From Pseudomonadota bacterium (GTDB taxonomy: Bacteria > Pseudomonadota > Gammaproteobacteria > DASZBR01): a stretch of DNA of 64,000 nucleotides. Below, one piece after another: positions 19,386 to 31,287 of this stretch. The notes under the pieces are model-generated. The model saw only the letters and a program-made list of their open reading frames with translations. It did not search any database and was not told the DNA's origin. The first letter of the stretch is position 1; the number at the start of each line of letters is the position of its first letter. The position numbers and the translations under genes were made by a program. The stretch spans positions 3,909 through 67,908 of the forward strand of contig JAJYDF010000017.1 in the NCBI GenBank assembly GCA_021777765.1, in the 5' to 3' direction.

Positions 19386-20716
19386 ACGCTATAAATTTCT
19401 ATATTGCCATTCGAATTATTTCGTAATTGCATTAATAATTTTTTCACATCACTCACTGTAATTTTTCGATGCGTTTCAAAAAAACTTTCCGCTTTTTTCT
19501 GTAAGGTCGCTAATTCTTGTTGTGTAGCATTGACGGCTAATAATAAATTGCGAATGTGTAATTTCATGTGGCCTTTTATTAAACCTTCCGTTGTTAAAGC
19601 TTTAATAGAACCTAAATTTTGTAATAATCCAACTGCTGCAGCAATGCGAGATAATTGTTCGGCACTTTCTACACCTAAAATGCGTAATGATAATTGTGCA
19701 GTGGGATGTAATTTTGTTACGCCACCAACAGTGCCAACTATTAATGGTGCTTCAAATGTGCCAATTAAATCTTTGCCAACCATACGCCAATGGGTGATAG
19801 CACGATATTGGCCATCACGAGCAGCATAAGCATGAATGCCAGCTTCAACGGCACGCCAATCATTACCTGTTGCTATTAATACGGGATCGATGCCATTTAA
19901 TACACCTTTATTGTGTGTGGCTGCGCGATAGGGATCGATTTCAGCGAATAAAGAAGCTTCTGCAATTTTTTCACCTAAATCTGGATCAATATTAAATATT
20001 TTTACAGTGGCTCTTGTTAATTTAGTGTCGGCTAAATTAGATAAAATACACATGGTGACTTTTTCATCGGTCAATTTTTCAATGGGTGATTTTAAATATT
20101 CACAGACTTGTGTGATGACATTAGCGCCCATGGCATCGCAGGGATTTAAATGGACATGAATAATTGCCATTTGTTGGCCATCGCCACGATCTATATTGCG
20201 CAATGTGATATCGTTAACACCACCACCTCGTGCAACAAAATTGGGTACAACTTTTTGGTTTGCACTATCTATTAATAATTGTTTACATTCATTAATGGTT
20301 TTTTTTAATTGATCTAAATTACGAACTTTAGCGATTTGTATTTGACCAATAATATTTGTACCTTTTGTTTCAGTAGTAATTTCACCACATTCTTTAATCC
20401 ATTTTGCCATAGCGCTGGCAGATGCGATTATGGACGTTTCTTCAACAGCCATTGGAATTGCATAATCTTTACCATCAATATGAAAATGCGCTGCGATGCC
20501 TAAGGGTAATTGATAGCAACCAATCGCATTTTCGATAAATTGATCGGCAAGGTGGGTAATGTTTTGCGCTACTGATGTATTTAAATAATTGACATCATCA
20601 GCAGTGAGTGCGCCCATTGCGATTAATTGTAGTAGACGTTGTTCTCGATTTAATTTAGAGAAATTTTTAAATAAATTAGCGTTGAGTTTTTTTGCAGTCA
20701 TGTTAGTGTGTGGCAT
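19382..20716 (-). CDS. mvaA: Class II HMG-CoA reductase
   Basis: ENAIG, PMAVEETSIIAS, DAMGAN, YRAATHNKG, GNDWRAVEA, GTVGG, GHMKLH. Confidence 0.93.
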   Translation of the reverse strand: MPHTNMTAKKLNANLFKNFSKLNREQRLLQLIAMGALTADDVNYLNTSVAQNITHLADQFIENAIGCYQLPLGIAAHFHIDGKDYAIPMAVEETSIIASASAMAKWIKECGEITTETKGTNIIGQIQIAKVRNLDQLKKTINECKQLLIDSANQKVVPNFVARGGGVNDITLRNIDRGDGQQMAIIHVHLNPCDAMGANVITQVCEYLKSPIEKLTDEKVTMCILSNLADTKLTRATVKIFNIDPDLGEKIAEASLFAEIDPYRAATHNKGVLNGIDPVLIATGNDWRAVEAGIHAYAARDGQYRAITHWRMVGKDLIGTFEAPLIVGTVGGVTKLHPTAQLSLRILGVESAEQLSRIAAAVGLLQNLGSIKALTTEGLIKGHMKLHIRNLLLAVNATQQELATLQKKAESFFETHRKITVSDVKKLLMQLRNNSNGNIEIYSV

Positions 20717-20879
20717 TCAGCGTGAAAAATGGCCATATTATATAACAAAATACATGAATCTAATACCGAAATTAATCAACATATCTGCTCATGCCTCTAG
20801 CTCATCGTAATATGATTGTGTATTCTAACGCGCTTTCCGTTTATTACTTACAATTTTTTTATCAGCCAGGTAAATACAC

Positions 20880-21978
20880 ATGTTAGAAATTAATCCATTA
20901 CTGCAACAAATCGCCGATCTAGAACTAAGAAACGAGGCGATGCGGAGGTATCTTTGACTACGATACCAAGTGTGATCGATTAGTTGAGGTCAACCAAGAG
21001 CTCGAAGATCCCCATATCTGGAACAATCCTGAACGTGCGCAGGCATTAGGTAAAGAACGTGCGCAACTTGAAGTTATTGTTAAAACGATCGCTGATTTAA
21101 ATAATGGATTAAAAGATGCAAAGGATTTTATTGATTTAGCTGTTTCGGAAAATGATGGAAATTTATTACAAAATGTTGCAACTGATTTAGCGAATTATGA
21201 ACAACAATTGGCCCAATTAGAATTTCATAGAATGTTTCCAGGTGAAATGGATGCTAATAATGCCTATTTGAATGTTCAATCCGGCTCTGGTGGTACTGAA
21301 GCACAAGATTGGGCAGATATGTTATTACGTATGTATTTACGTTGGGCTGAAAAACATCAATTTCATTGCGAATTAGAAGAAGTTTCGCCTGGTGATGTAG
21401 CTGGTATTAAAAGTGCCATGGTTAAAGTGACTGGCCCATATGCTTATGGATGGCTGCGTACGGAAACAGGTGTACATCGCTTAGTACGGAATTCACCATT
21501 TGATTCTAATAATCGACGTCACACTTCTTTTGCTGCAGTATTTGTTTCTCCTGAAGTCGATGAAAATGTCGATATCACTATCAATCCCGCAGATTTACGT
21601 ATTGATACTTATCGTGCCAGTGGCGCAGGTGGACAGCATGTAAATCGTACTGATTCTGCGATTAGAATTACACATATGCCAACTGGTATTGTGGTACAGT
21701 GTCAGTCTGATCGATCGCAACATAAAAATCGTGCGCAAGCGATGAGCCAATTAAAAAGTAAACTCTATGAATTAGAAATACAAAAACGCAATGCAGATAA
21801 ACAAGCATTAGAAGAAACAAAATCAGATATTGGTTGGGGTAGTCAAATTCGATCGTATGTATTAGATGATTCGCGCGTGAAAGATTTACGGACAGGTGTG
21901 GAGTCGAGAGATCCTAAATCGGTATTAGATGGTGAATTGGATAAGTTTATTATTGCGAGTTTGAAAGGTGGGGTTTAG
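20880..21978 (+). CDS. prfB: Peptide chain release factor 2, programmed +1 frameshift
   Basis: ATG 20880 encodes [13 protein letters not shown], then CTT TGA C at 20952-20958; the +1 frame continues into the SPF and GGQ motifs. Confidence 0.96.
20943..20958 (+). promoter_or_regulatory. RF2 autoregulatory frameshift site
   Basis: Internal SD (GGAGG) followed by TATCTTTGAC, the canonical signal. Confidence 0.95.
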
Positions 21979-22021
21979 ATTTTTTCATAATTATTATTTA
22001 TGACAATATAAATTAATATCT

Positions 22022-22140
22022 CCTTCTCCCCGAAGGGGAGAAGGTGCCGAAGGCGGATGAGGGGGTATTAAAAGGTTTTACACAATTATTTAACACACCC
22101 TCATCCGCCTTCGCACCTTCTCCCGCTCGCGGGAGAAGGA
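22022..22140. repeat. BoxC-like inverted pair (family A)
   Basis: CCTTCTCCCCGAAGGGGAGAAGGTGCCGAAGGCGGATGAGGG ... CCCTCATCCGCCTTCGCACCTTCTCCCGCTCGCGGGAGAAGG between prfB and lysS. Confidence 0.88.
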
Positions 22141-22173
22141 AAAAAGTTGCATTTTTTATTTACGAGACATTTT

Positions 22174-23679
22174 ATGGACCAGCAAGAAACAAACATTGAA
22201 TTAGATGAAAACACTTTAATTGCACAACGCAAACAAAAATTGCAGGAATTACGGCAAAAAGGTAATGCGTTTCCCAATGATTTCCGTCGTGATTCTTACG
22301 CGAATGATTTACATCAACATTATGAACATTTCGATCATGATCAATTAGAAGCAAAACAAATTCATGTCAAAGTGGCTGGCAGAATAATGATGCGCAGAAT
22401 TATGGGTAAAGCCAGCTTTATTCATTTACAAGATATGACTGGCCATATTCAATTATATTTAAGACAAAATGAATTGCCTGAAGGTATTTATGATGAATTT
22501 AAAAATTGGGATTTAGGCGATATTGTTGGTGCAGAAGGGCATTTATTTAAAACAAAAACCAATGAATTATCGGTAAAAGTCACTCATCTTCAATTATTGA
22601 CTAAAGCATTGCGTCCCTTGCCAGATAAATTTCATGGACTCGCGGATCAAGAAGCACGTTTTCGTCAGCGTTATTTAGATTTAATTGTTAATCCAGAAGC
22701 ACGCAAAATATTTTATACACGATCAAAAATTATTGAGCGAATCCGTCATTTTCTTAATGAACAAGGTTTCTTAGAAGTCGAAACGCCAATGATGCATCCC
22801 ATTCCTGGTGGTGCTACAGCACGACCATTTATTACGCATCATAATGCTTTAGATATGCAATTTTATTTGCGAGTAGCACCAGAATTATATTTAAAAAGAT
22901 TGGTTGTAGGTGGTTTAGAAAAAGTTTTCGAAATTAATCGTAGTTTTAGAAACGAGGGTGTTTCTACACGACATAATCCTGAATTTACCATGTTAGAATT
23001 TTATCAAGCTTATGCTGATTACCATGAGTTAATGGATTTAACTGAAAATTTAATGCGTGAATTAGTGAAAGAAGTATTAAATTCTGATGTTGTTCATTAT
23101 CAAGGCAATGAAATTCATTTTGGTAATCCATTTGCGCGAATGACAATTAAAGAATCAATTATTCATTTTCATCCACAATATAAAATGTCGGAATTAAATG
23201 ACTTAGAGAGTTTACATAAAATTGCCAAAGAATTACGTGTACCCATCAATCCGCAATGGGGCCTTGGTAAAATGTTGTTAGAAATATTTGAAAAAAATGT
23301 TGAACATTTATTAATACAGCCCACGTTTATTACTGAATATCCAACAGAAGTATCTCCATTAGCGCGTTGTAATAATACTGATCCTACAATTACTGATCGA
23401 TTCGAATTTTTTGTCGCGGGTCGTGAACTTGCTAATGGGTTTTCAGAATTAAATGATGCAGAAGATCAGGCTGAACGATTTAGAAAACAAGCCATGGATA
23501 AAGACGCTGGCGATCATGAAGCGATGCATTATGACGCTGATTATATTATTGCTTTAGAGCATGGCATGCCGCCCACAGCAGGTGAGGGCATCGGTATCGA
23601 TCGCTTGACTATGTTATTAACAGATTCTCCTTCTATTAGAGATGTATTGTTATTCCCGCATATGCGCAATAGAGAATAA
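22174..23679 (+). CDS. lysS: Lysyl-tRNA synthetase (class II)
   Basis: [50 protein letters not shown]; follows prfB. Confidence 0.97.
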   Translation: MDQQETNIELDENTLIAQRKQKLQELRQKGNAFPNDFRRDSYANDLHQHYEHFDHDQLEAKQIHVKVAGRIMMRRIMGKASFIHLQDMTGHIQLYLRQNELPEGIYDEFKNWDLGDIVGAEGHLFKTKTNELSVKVTHLQLLTKALRPLPDKFHGLADQEARFRQRYLDLIVNPEARKIFYTRSKIIERIRHFLNEQGFLEVETPMMHPIPGGATARPFITHHNALDMQFYLRVAPELYLKRLVVGGLEKVFEINRSFRNEGVSTRHNPEFTMLEFYQAYADYHELMDLTENLMRELVKEVLNSDVVHYQGNEIHFGNPFARMTIKESIIHFHPQYKMSELNDLESLHKIAKELRVPINPQWGLGKMLLEIFEKNVEHLLIQPTFITEYPTEVSPLARCNNTDPTITDRFEFFVAGRELANGFSELNDAEDQAERFRKQAMDKDAGDHEAMHYDADYIIALEHGMPPTAGEGIGIDRLTMLLTDSPSIRDVLLFPHMRNRE

Positions 23680-23698
23680 AAAAATTATTATCATTATC

Positions 23699-23740
23699 AA
23701 AGGAGCAAATACTATTTTGCAAGATGGTACTTGCTTCTTT
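23699..23740 (+). terminator. Hairpin after lysS, collapsed family D-like palindrome
   Basis: AAAGGAGCAAATACTATTTTGCAAGATGGTACTTGCTTCTTT, imperfect IR followed by T's. Confidence 0.45.
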
Positions 23741-23784
23741 TATTGATATTTATTCAATTTTAATTTAAACAAGAGGATAAACTT

Positions 23785-26052
23785 ATGTGGACCAAAGTAC
23801 ATAAAATATTTTTCGCCGCTTTATTGGCTTCAAAAATACCCTCAGTAAATAAAAAGTTACTCAAACAGTATCAATTCAGTAGCAAGGATATTGATGAAAT
23901 TTTTAAGCTTGCCAAAGAGTTTAATACCGGTGAGAGCATTGATGAAAATAAAATGACAATTTGTCTAAAAAAGTTAGAAGCGCTAACACGAAATCAACTT
24001 GATTCTAAAACAAATTTTTTAACATTTTGTGAACAAGTCGGTCGAGTAAATGCTAAAGCATTAAGTTTTCTCTGTAATGAAGGATTATATAAAGATAGCG
24101 ATGGAAGAAGTCCTTTATTTTTAATTGCGGCAAAAGGAACAAAAGAAGACGCAGAATATTTAATTCATGCCGGCGCAAAAGTTAATGTACTAGATGTTTG
24201 GAAATATACGCCACTGATACTGGCTTGTATTAATAATAATGTAGGAGTAGCACAAGCACTCATTGCAGCTAAAGCTGATGTTAAATGCAGAGACAAAGAC
24301 GGTCATGCGACTGCTTTACATTTTGCTGCGCAATTCGGTTATACCAATTTATTTTCATTATTAATTGAAAATGGCGCTCCATTAAATGTGGTCGATAAAA
24401 ATGGTTCTACCCCATTAAATATCGCTATATTAGCCGGTAAATTTAGAGCAGCGCGTATTTTAATTGAACAATTTAATGCGAATATTGACTATGAAGGTGC
24501 GACAGGGGTAACAGCCTTACAAGATGCCTGTAGTAAGTATCATCGTTTAGAAAAATCAAATATTGTGGAAGCAGAAAGAATTTATCGTCAAATTGCATTT
24601 ATGTTACGAGTTGGTGCAAATATTAACCGAGAATTTCATGTGGCAGGCATGGATAAATCTAATAAAGTAAATTATTTCTTAGTGACATTCTTAATGAGAA
24701 TGGACCCAAATAGCTTGCATGAAATAGATTACCAGCTACTTGAATTATTTACGCAGTATGGCTTTGATTTCGCAGGGCATAAGATAACAGATACCTTAAG
24801 CGTATTAGAATATATTTTGCATATGAAAAATTTGAGAGCAGCAAAATGCTGCCAAATAGTACCAGCAGAGGCCCAGAGTGTTGTCTCTGCGCCGTTATCT
24901 GATAATAAAGTCGCCTTTATGTTTCATACCAAAAAATTAACTCCTCAACAAAATGCTGAGATGGCAAAATTGTTAAGTTTTGTGATGGATCAAATAGTGT
25001 GTAATGCATTTGGCGAATTGCAACAAATTGTAGATGAACAACTAGACACGTCTCAATTATTGACAAATGCCACGCCAACAATAAAAGCTGTTGCTAAAGA
25101 ACCTCAAGCAGATAATGATAAAATAATGCGCGAAATTGATATAATATCTCGTACCATTGTGAATTTACTCGACGAATATTATGATAAATTTGCAGAATAT
25201 GGCCATTTTAATGTGCCAAGTTGGTGTAAAACGATACAGCATGAAAAATTAATATTAAAAAGTTTAAATAGCTTAGAATCTTTAAAAAATAAAATTGAGG
25301 TTTGGGGTAATACCACTTTACGTCATCTTCAATCTGAACAGCATAGTATTGAACTGGTAGATGAAAATAATGTTTTGGCGTTAACATTACAACCTCCACA
25401 ATCTCTCTATACACCCATTTATGAAAAAACTTTAAAATTGGCTCCGCAATTAATTAATAATGTGAGTAAATATTGTGGTTTATTAACCCCATTCAATGAC
25501 AAAGGTGATATGGGTATTGATGTAATTACTGATGCAAAATCTATTTCTGCCGACGACAGATTAAAATTTCAACGAATTCTTGCTGATCCCAAAATATCAC
25601 GTAATCCCAATCAACCAGGTATTCGTTTTTTAACAGATTCAAACTATTATTGTAATGTGATTATTAATAAACAATTACAACGACGTTTAATCATAGCAGA
25701 ATTAAAAATTGCCGATTCTCCCCACCGTATTGCATTATTTCGTTTAAACCAAGAAGGGCAGGGGCCAATGGTATTAGCTTGCGCCGCATATATAGAGAAT
25801 GGCTTTCATGATTCTCGCTATGCCGGAAAAATTTTCCAAGCACCACCAATAGATTTGACAGAGAATTACATTAATCAGTTAATTAAGCGAATTACAGCAA
25901 AAGATACAAGTACTATAGTGCTTGCACCGCCTCCGGCCTTGTCATTATTTAAACCTACAGAAAATATTCTCACTACAACTATAATTGCAGAAAATAATCA
26001 GACTTCTGAATCGGCACAAGTGACGCTTAAAAAGCAGCCGTTATATAGTTAA
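23785..26052 (+). CDS. Ankyrin-repeat protein, effector candidate
   Basis: About 5 ankyrin units (GRSPLFLIA, YTPLILAC, ATALHFAA, GSTPLNIAI, GVTALQDAC) plus unknown C-terminal region. Confidence 0.85.
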   Translation: MWTKVHKIFFAALLASKIPSVNKKLLKQYQFSSKDIDEIFKLAKEFNTGESIDENKMTICLKKLEALTRNQLDSKTNFLTFCEQVGRVNAKALSFLCNEGLYKDSDGRSPLFLIAAKGTKEDAEYLIHAGAKVNVLDVWKYTPLILACINNNVGVAQALIAAKADVKCRDKDGHATALHFAAQFGYTNLFSLLIENGAPLNVVDKNGSTPLNIAILAGKFRAARILIEQFNANIDYEGATGVTALQDACSKYHRLEKSNIVEAERIYRQIAFMLRVGANINREFHVAGMDKSNKVNYFLVTFLMRMDPNSLHEIDYQLLELFTQYGFDFAGHKITDTLSVLEYILHMKNLRAAKCCQIVPAEAQSVVSAPLSDNKVAFMFHTKKLTPQQNAEMAKLLSFVMDQIVCNAFGELQQIVDEQLDTSQLLTNATPTIKAVAKEPQADNDKIMREIDIISRTIVNLLDEYYDKFAEYGHFNVPSWCKTIQHEKLILKSLNSLESLKNKIEVWGNTTLRHLQSEQHSIELVDENNVLALTLQPPQSLYTPIYEKTLKLAPQLINNVSKYCGLLTPFNDKGDMGIDVITDAKSISADDRLKFQRILADPKISRNPNQPGIRFLTDSNYYCNVIINKQLQRRLIIAELKIADSPHRIALFRLNQEGQGPMVLACAAYIENGFHDSRYAGKIFQAPPIDLTENYINQLIKRITAKDTSTIVLAPPPALSLFKPTENILTTTIIAENNQTSESAQVTLKKQPLYS

Positions 26053-26103
26053 TTTTCTAAACATTATAAGGATGTTCAAATTGATAGTTGAAACTTGAGC
26101 CCT

Positions 26104-26499
26104 TTACTTAAATTTTTCTTTAAGTTTATCGTAAGTACGCTGCATCTCTGGGTAATATAATTTTATATGTGCGTAAACTTCATCCGCTTTAAATTTTTTA
26201 TAAGTGTGTGAAGTAATATTGCGGTCGTTTAACATTCCAAGCCATAACTTTTCATTGTCTAACCATTTCAAACTAAAAGCTTGGCTTAATGCTTGTTTCG
26301 GAGAAAGTGCTTCTTTGCCTTCCATTTCAACAAAGTTTTTTAGATTTTTCCAAAATAACTCTATGCAAAATTCAAATCGTTGAATAGTGCCATCAATAAT
26401 AAAACGATGTTTATCTAAAGGGGCATCTAAAATCTCTTTTAATCGGAGTAAGGCTTCGCCTAAATCCTCAAAGTTTTGACGCCATCTAGGTACGGTCAT
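26104..26499 (-). CDS. HEPN toxin (HI0074-like nucleotidyltransferase substrate-binding family)
   Basis: DGTIQRFEFCIELFWK and RNITSHTY (RX4HXY). Confidence 0.88.
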   Translation of the reverse strand: MTVPRWRQNFEDLGEALLRLKEILDAPLDKHRFIIDGTIQRFEFCIELFWKNLKNFVEMEGKEALSPKQALSQAFSLKWLDNEKLWLGMLNDRNITSHTYKKFKADEVYAHIKLYYPEMQRTYDKLKEKFK

Positions 26500-26501
26500 G
26501 A

Positions 26502-26807
26502 TTACTGTTCCTTTGCTTTGGCATATAAAATGATTTTGTCGCGTAAAATATTTTCTTTCAGTAGTTCTTGATCAGTCAGTTCATCAAATCTGACGCAATC
26601 TATTTTTAATAATGTATCAGCATCTTCAATAATATCTAAAACAGTGAGCCAATCATCACTTGTTGCTGATGGACACACAATGGCGAGATCAATATCTGAT
26701 CTTTCTTTATGATCACCGCGAGCTCTTGATCCATATAAAAAAATCGCATCTATGAATGGCAGTGCACAAAGCTTTTCAAAAAAGTGGTAGTTAATAATAT
26801 TCTGCAT
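26502..26807 (-). CDS. Minimal nucleotidyltransferase (MNT) antitoxin
   Basis: LYGSRARGD..SDIDLA (GSX10DXD); 2 nt upstream of the HEPN gene. Confidence 0.9.
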   Translation of the reverse strand: MQNIINYHFFEKLCALPFIDAIFLYGSRARGDHKERSDIDLAIVCPSATSDDWLTVLDIIEDADTLLKIDCVRFDELTDQELLKENILRDKIILYAKAKEQ

Positions 26808-27037
26808 AACAGATCATATCTATTTTAAATGGCATAAATATTAATCTTAACAGGATCAAAACTTACTGTCTGTAATTAATGTATCTTAAAGCACATGAAA
26901 TAGTAATAAATCCCTTTCGCATGAAACTAAGCCGGCTCTGGAACCTACACCTCTTGATATCTAAATTTTTAGCTATATAATCATTGTCTTGTTTTGAAAA
27001 TACAATATTAAACTACAACATAATTATAATTAAACAT

Positions 27038-28309
27038 ATGCCACTAATGAAAATTGATCAAACAACAATAACAAAGCAATTATCTTTTTATCTAAACATG
27101 ATTAATGCATCGTCTCAGATTTTTAATCCATTTGAGACGAAAACTCTTGCGCAAAAATTGATAGATGATGTTGAAGAAGACGAAGTTGTAGGCTATTGCG
27201 AAGGGCTTACTGCTTTGTGGCTTTACTCAAAATATTGTCAATTTCATAAATCTGCTGTTTCTTCTGAAAATACCACCCCGTCTCCTTTAATGGATTATCA
27301 ATGGTTTTTAACAACTGCAATTAAAATATCCACTTTGGATAGAAATAGTGCTTTATCTCCACAAGATCATAAAGATATTAAATGTTTTTTATTTAAAATT
27401 GAGGGCTTCAGATATATCTACTGTTATTTCCCAATGGGATTAGCACAATATCAGTTATCGATGAAAAATCAATTTGGTATGTCTCCAAGAGATGAAAAAA
27501 AATTAGTGGGATTCTGTAATAGAAATCAATTAGCGTATGTTTTTAATCAACTCATTAAAGATGATAAATTGGTACATATCACTATCGACGATCATACTAT
27601 TGGTTTTTATAAACATGAAAACACTATTTTCTTTTATGATTGTAATGAAGAAAATGGTGAATTACATTGTTCTACATTCGCTGAAGCAGCGAAAGCAGTT
27701 TTTGAAATTACCTGTGAGGCAGAAGAGGATAAATCATTCGTGATTAGCTTCATTTCATTCGGGTTTGATAATCATCAACCGTATCCACCCTTAAATGAGA
27801 TACTAGATTCATTATATAAAAATAACTCCGCGATATGGCACGATAATAAAACCTGTGTTGCTCTATTGCATATGGCCGCTAGATTGGGTGGTGTTGAAAA
27901 TGTTGCTTATTATCTTAATAAAAATATATCAATTAATGTCAAAGATAAACAAAAACGAACACCCTTGATGATTGCTGCCCAGAATAATCAAGTAGACACG
28001 GTAAAATTTTTATTAGAAAAAGGTGCCAATACGGAATGTATATTTCAGGGCACAACAGCATTAGATATTGCTAAAAATATTGGTTTGAAAGAGGTAGTGA
28101 AAGTGATAACTGAATTTAAACACAGCACTAAGGAAAATGTTTCTCCTCATAAAAACAGCGCCAAAAATGTCAATTTTTTTCAGCCCAGTAGCGAAAATCA
28201 ATTATGCCAGACAGAAACAAAAAAACAGAAAACAGACCAGACAAAAAAAGTTTCACTATATGAACACTGTTTTGGGCGGAGCGGATTGAATAATTTGAAA
28301 AAAACCTAA
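27038..28309 (+). CDS. YopT/C58-like cysteine protease domain fused to C-terminal ankyrin repeats, effector candidate
   Basis: GYCEGLTALWL, DHTIGF, FFYDCN (Cys/His/Asp pattern); ankyrins ALLHMAA, RTPLMIAA, GTTALDIA; start uncertain (26984-27047). Confidence 0.65.
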   Translation: MPLMKIDQTTITKQLSFYLNMINASSQIFNPFETKTLAQKLIDDVEEDEVVGYCEGLTALWLYSKYCQFHKSAVSSENTTPSPLMDYQWFLTTAIKISTLDRNSALSPQDHKDIKCFLFKIEGFRYIYCYFPMGLAQYQLSMKNQFGMSPRDEKKLVGFCNRNQLAYVFNQLIKDDKLVHITIDDHTIGFYKHENTIFFYDCNEENGELHCSTFAEAAKAVFEITCEAEEDKSFVISFISFGFDNHQPYPPLNEILDSLYKNNSAIWHDNKTCVALLHMAARLGGVENVAYYLNKNISINVKDKQKRTPLMIAAQNNQVDTVKFLLEKGANTECIFQGTTALDIAKNIGLKEVVKVITEFKHSTKENVSPHKNSAKNVNFFQPSSENQLCQTETKKQKTDQTKKVSLYEHCFGRSGLNNLKKT

Positions 28310-28462
28310 TTTGTTTTTTGAGAGTGTCTCACATTATAAGAAGCTGAAAACCTATTTCATCTGTTGTGAAAGATTCGGCTTGCTTCTTAACGAATAAGTA
28401 CTTTGCTTAGTATGATAGAAACGCTACAATCTTTAGCTTTTTAACAAGCCTTAAGGTTTTAG

Positions 28463-29491
<1,029 letters not shown>

Positions 29492-29500
29492 GAGGATCAC

Positions 29501-29989
29501 ATGGATAGACCGTTGCAACATTCATCAATTCAAGTTCGTCCATCGTTAATAGCTGGGCGTGGTGTATTTGCTGAAAAAAAAATAAATAAAGGTGACATCA
29601 TCGAAGAATGTCCCGTTTTATTGTTGATGGAAGAATATAGAAGCATCAGTAATTATTTTTTTGAATGGTCTGAAACGCCACCTATTGGTGCATTACCTTT
29701 AGGCTATGCGCTTATGTATAACCATGCCGATGCACCTAATGCGGCATGGAGTATTGATCCTGATCAAAAACTTTTTATTTTTAGAGCGCTTTATGATATC
29801 GCTGCCGATGACGAGATATTTGTTAATTATGGTGAAAAATGGTTTGAAGTACGCAAAATGGTTAAAGCACAAAATTCGTTTAAACGTGTTAAAAGATATT
29901 TAAATTATGCGATTAAAACGGCTATTGTCATATTAATTATTTTTGTTATGCAGTGGGTTGTTACGCATGTTAAATTTTCGATAATTTAG
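29501..29989 (+). CDS. SET-domain protein-lysine methyltransferase with C-terminal hydrophobic helix
   Basis: GRGVFA, YNHADAPN, EIFVNYG; tail TAIVILIIFVMQWVV. Confidence 0.85.
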   Translation: MDRPLQHSSIQVRPSLIAGRGVFAEKKINKGDIIEECPVLLLMEEYRSISNYFFEWSETPPIGALPLGYALMYNHADAPNAAWSIDPDQKLFIFRALYDIAADDEIFVNYGEKWFEVRKMVKAQNSFKRVKRYLNYAIKTAIVILIIFVMQWVVTHVKFSII

Positions 29990-30004
29990 TTTTCATTTAA
30001 GTCG

Positions 30005-30049
30005 CCCTCATCCGCTTTCGGCACCTTCTCCCGCAAGCGGGAGAAGGAA
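30005..30049. repeat. BoxC-like half element (family A)
   Basis: CCCTCATCCGCTTTCGGCACCTTCTCCCGCAAGCGGGAGAAGGAA, matches 22098-22140. Confidence 0.85.
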
Positions 30050-30067
30050 CAAAAAATAAGGAGTTTT

Positions 30068-30823
30068 ATGCCACGCTCTATAATTGCTGCAAATTGGAAA
30101 ATGAATGGCACACGTGACAGTATTCAAAAATTAATATCACAATTAACAGAAGGTTTAAATCCTTTTCCGCAGCATGAAATTATTATATTGCCCCCATTTA
30201 TTTATTATGATTTTTGCCGCGAATTATTAAATAACAGTGCAATAAAATGTGCTGCACAAAATATTTCACAATATGAAATAGGCGCATATACCGGTGAAAT
30301 TGCCGCTTATATGTTAAATGATAATCATTGTCAGTATGTATTAATTGGACATTCAGAACGTCGTAGCTTATTTGGTGAAAATAATGATATTATTAAACAG
30401 AAACTTTTGCGTGCCAAAGAGCAAGGATTAAAACCCATTTTGTGTGTCGGTGAAAATCTGGATCAACGTCAACAGGGCTTAACAGAGCAAATCATTTTAA
30501 GCCAATTACAAGTTATTTTAGACTTGACAGGTACGGATGCTGTATTGCACGATGCCGTGCTTGCCTATGAGCCTGTTTGGGCAATTGGAACAGGGCAAAC
30601 TGCGACGCCAGAACAAGCACAACAAGTGCACGCATTTTTAAGAAATACCATTGCAAAATATGATTCATCATTAGCAGATAAAATACCTATTATTTATGGT
30701 GGCAGTGTGAAAGCAAATAATGCAGAACAATTATTTGCAATGCCTGATATTAATGGATTTTTAGTAGGTGGCGCTTCATTAATTGCAGAAGAATTTTTAA
30801 CGATTTGTAAAGTAGCGGAGTAA
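30068..30823 (+). CDS. tpiA: Triosephosphate isomerase
   Basis: ANWKMNG, IGHSERR, AYEPVWAIGTG, YGGSV, LVGGASL. Confidence 0.97.
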   Translation: MPRSIIAANWKMNGTRDSIQKLISQLTEGLNPFPQHEIIILPPFIYYDFCRELLNNSAIKCAAQNISQYEIGAYTGEIAAYMLNDNHCQYVLIGHSERRSLFGENNDIIKQKLLRAKEQGLKPILCVGENLDQRQQGLTEQIILSQLQVILDLTGTDAVLHDAVLAYEPVWAIGTGQTATPEQAQQVHAFLRNTIAKYDSSLADKIPIIYGGSVKANNAEQLFAMPDINGFLVGGASLIAEEFLTICKVAE

Positions 30824-30825
30824 AC

Positions 30826-31167
30826 ATGCAACCTCTGATGTTAGTAATACATATGCTTATTGCATTTATATTAATTGTTTTAATTTTATTACAGCAAGGT
30901 AAAGGTGCTGAGATGGGTGCGTCATTTGGTAGCGGCGCATCGCAAACACTTTTTGGTAGTACCGGATCATTACCCTTTTTAGTTAAAATAACAACGATAT
31001 TTGTCGCATTATTTTTTGCATCCAGTTTATTGTTGGGATATTTAACAGCACAGGAAGCAAAACAAGCTGCATTACAAAATATTCCTTCGATATTGAAAAC
31101 AACTACAACAGTGACACAACCTGCGAATATTCCAGTGTTACCGAATAATACGACAGGAAATAAATAA
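30826..31167 (+). CDS. secG: Preprotein translocase subunit SecG
   Basis: [25 protein letters not shown]; tpiA-secG-tRNA synteny. Confidence 0.95.
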   Translation: MQPLMLVIHMLIAFILIVLILLQQGKGAEMGASFGSGASQTLFGSTGSLPFLVKITTIFVALFFASSLLLGYLTAQEAKQAALQNIPSILKTTTTVTQPANIPVLPNNTTGNK

Positions 31168-31173
31168 AGAATT

Positions 31174-31258
31174 GCCGAAGTGGTGGAATTGGTAGACACG
31201 CCGTCTTGAGGGGGCGGTGGCGTAAGCCGTATGGGTTCGAGTCCCATCTTCGGCACCA
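31174..31258 (+). tRNA. tRNA-Leu (anticodon GAG)
   Basis: Acceptor GCCGAAG/CTTCGGC, anticodon arm CCGTC-TTGAGGG-GGCGG, long variable arm, GGTTCGAGTCC T-arm, encoded CCA. Confidence 0.96.
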
Positions 31259-31287
31259 AATAATTTTTATTAGTGAAATAAAATTTT

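Noticed and set aside
30750-31259. 169 aa minus-strand ORF
   Set aside because: Antisense shadow of secG and tRNA-Leu
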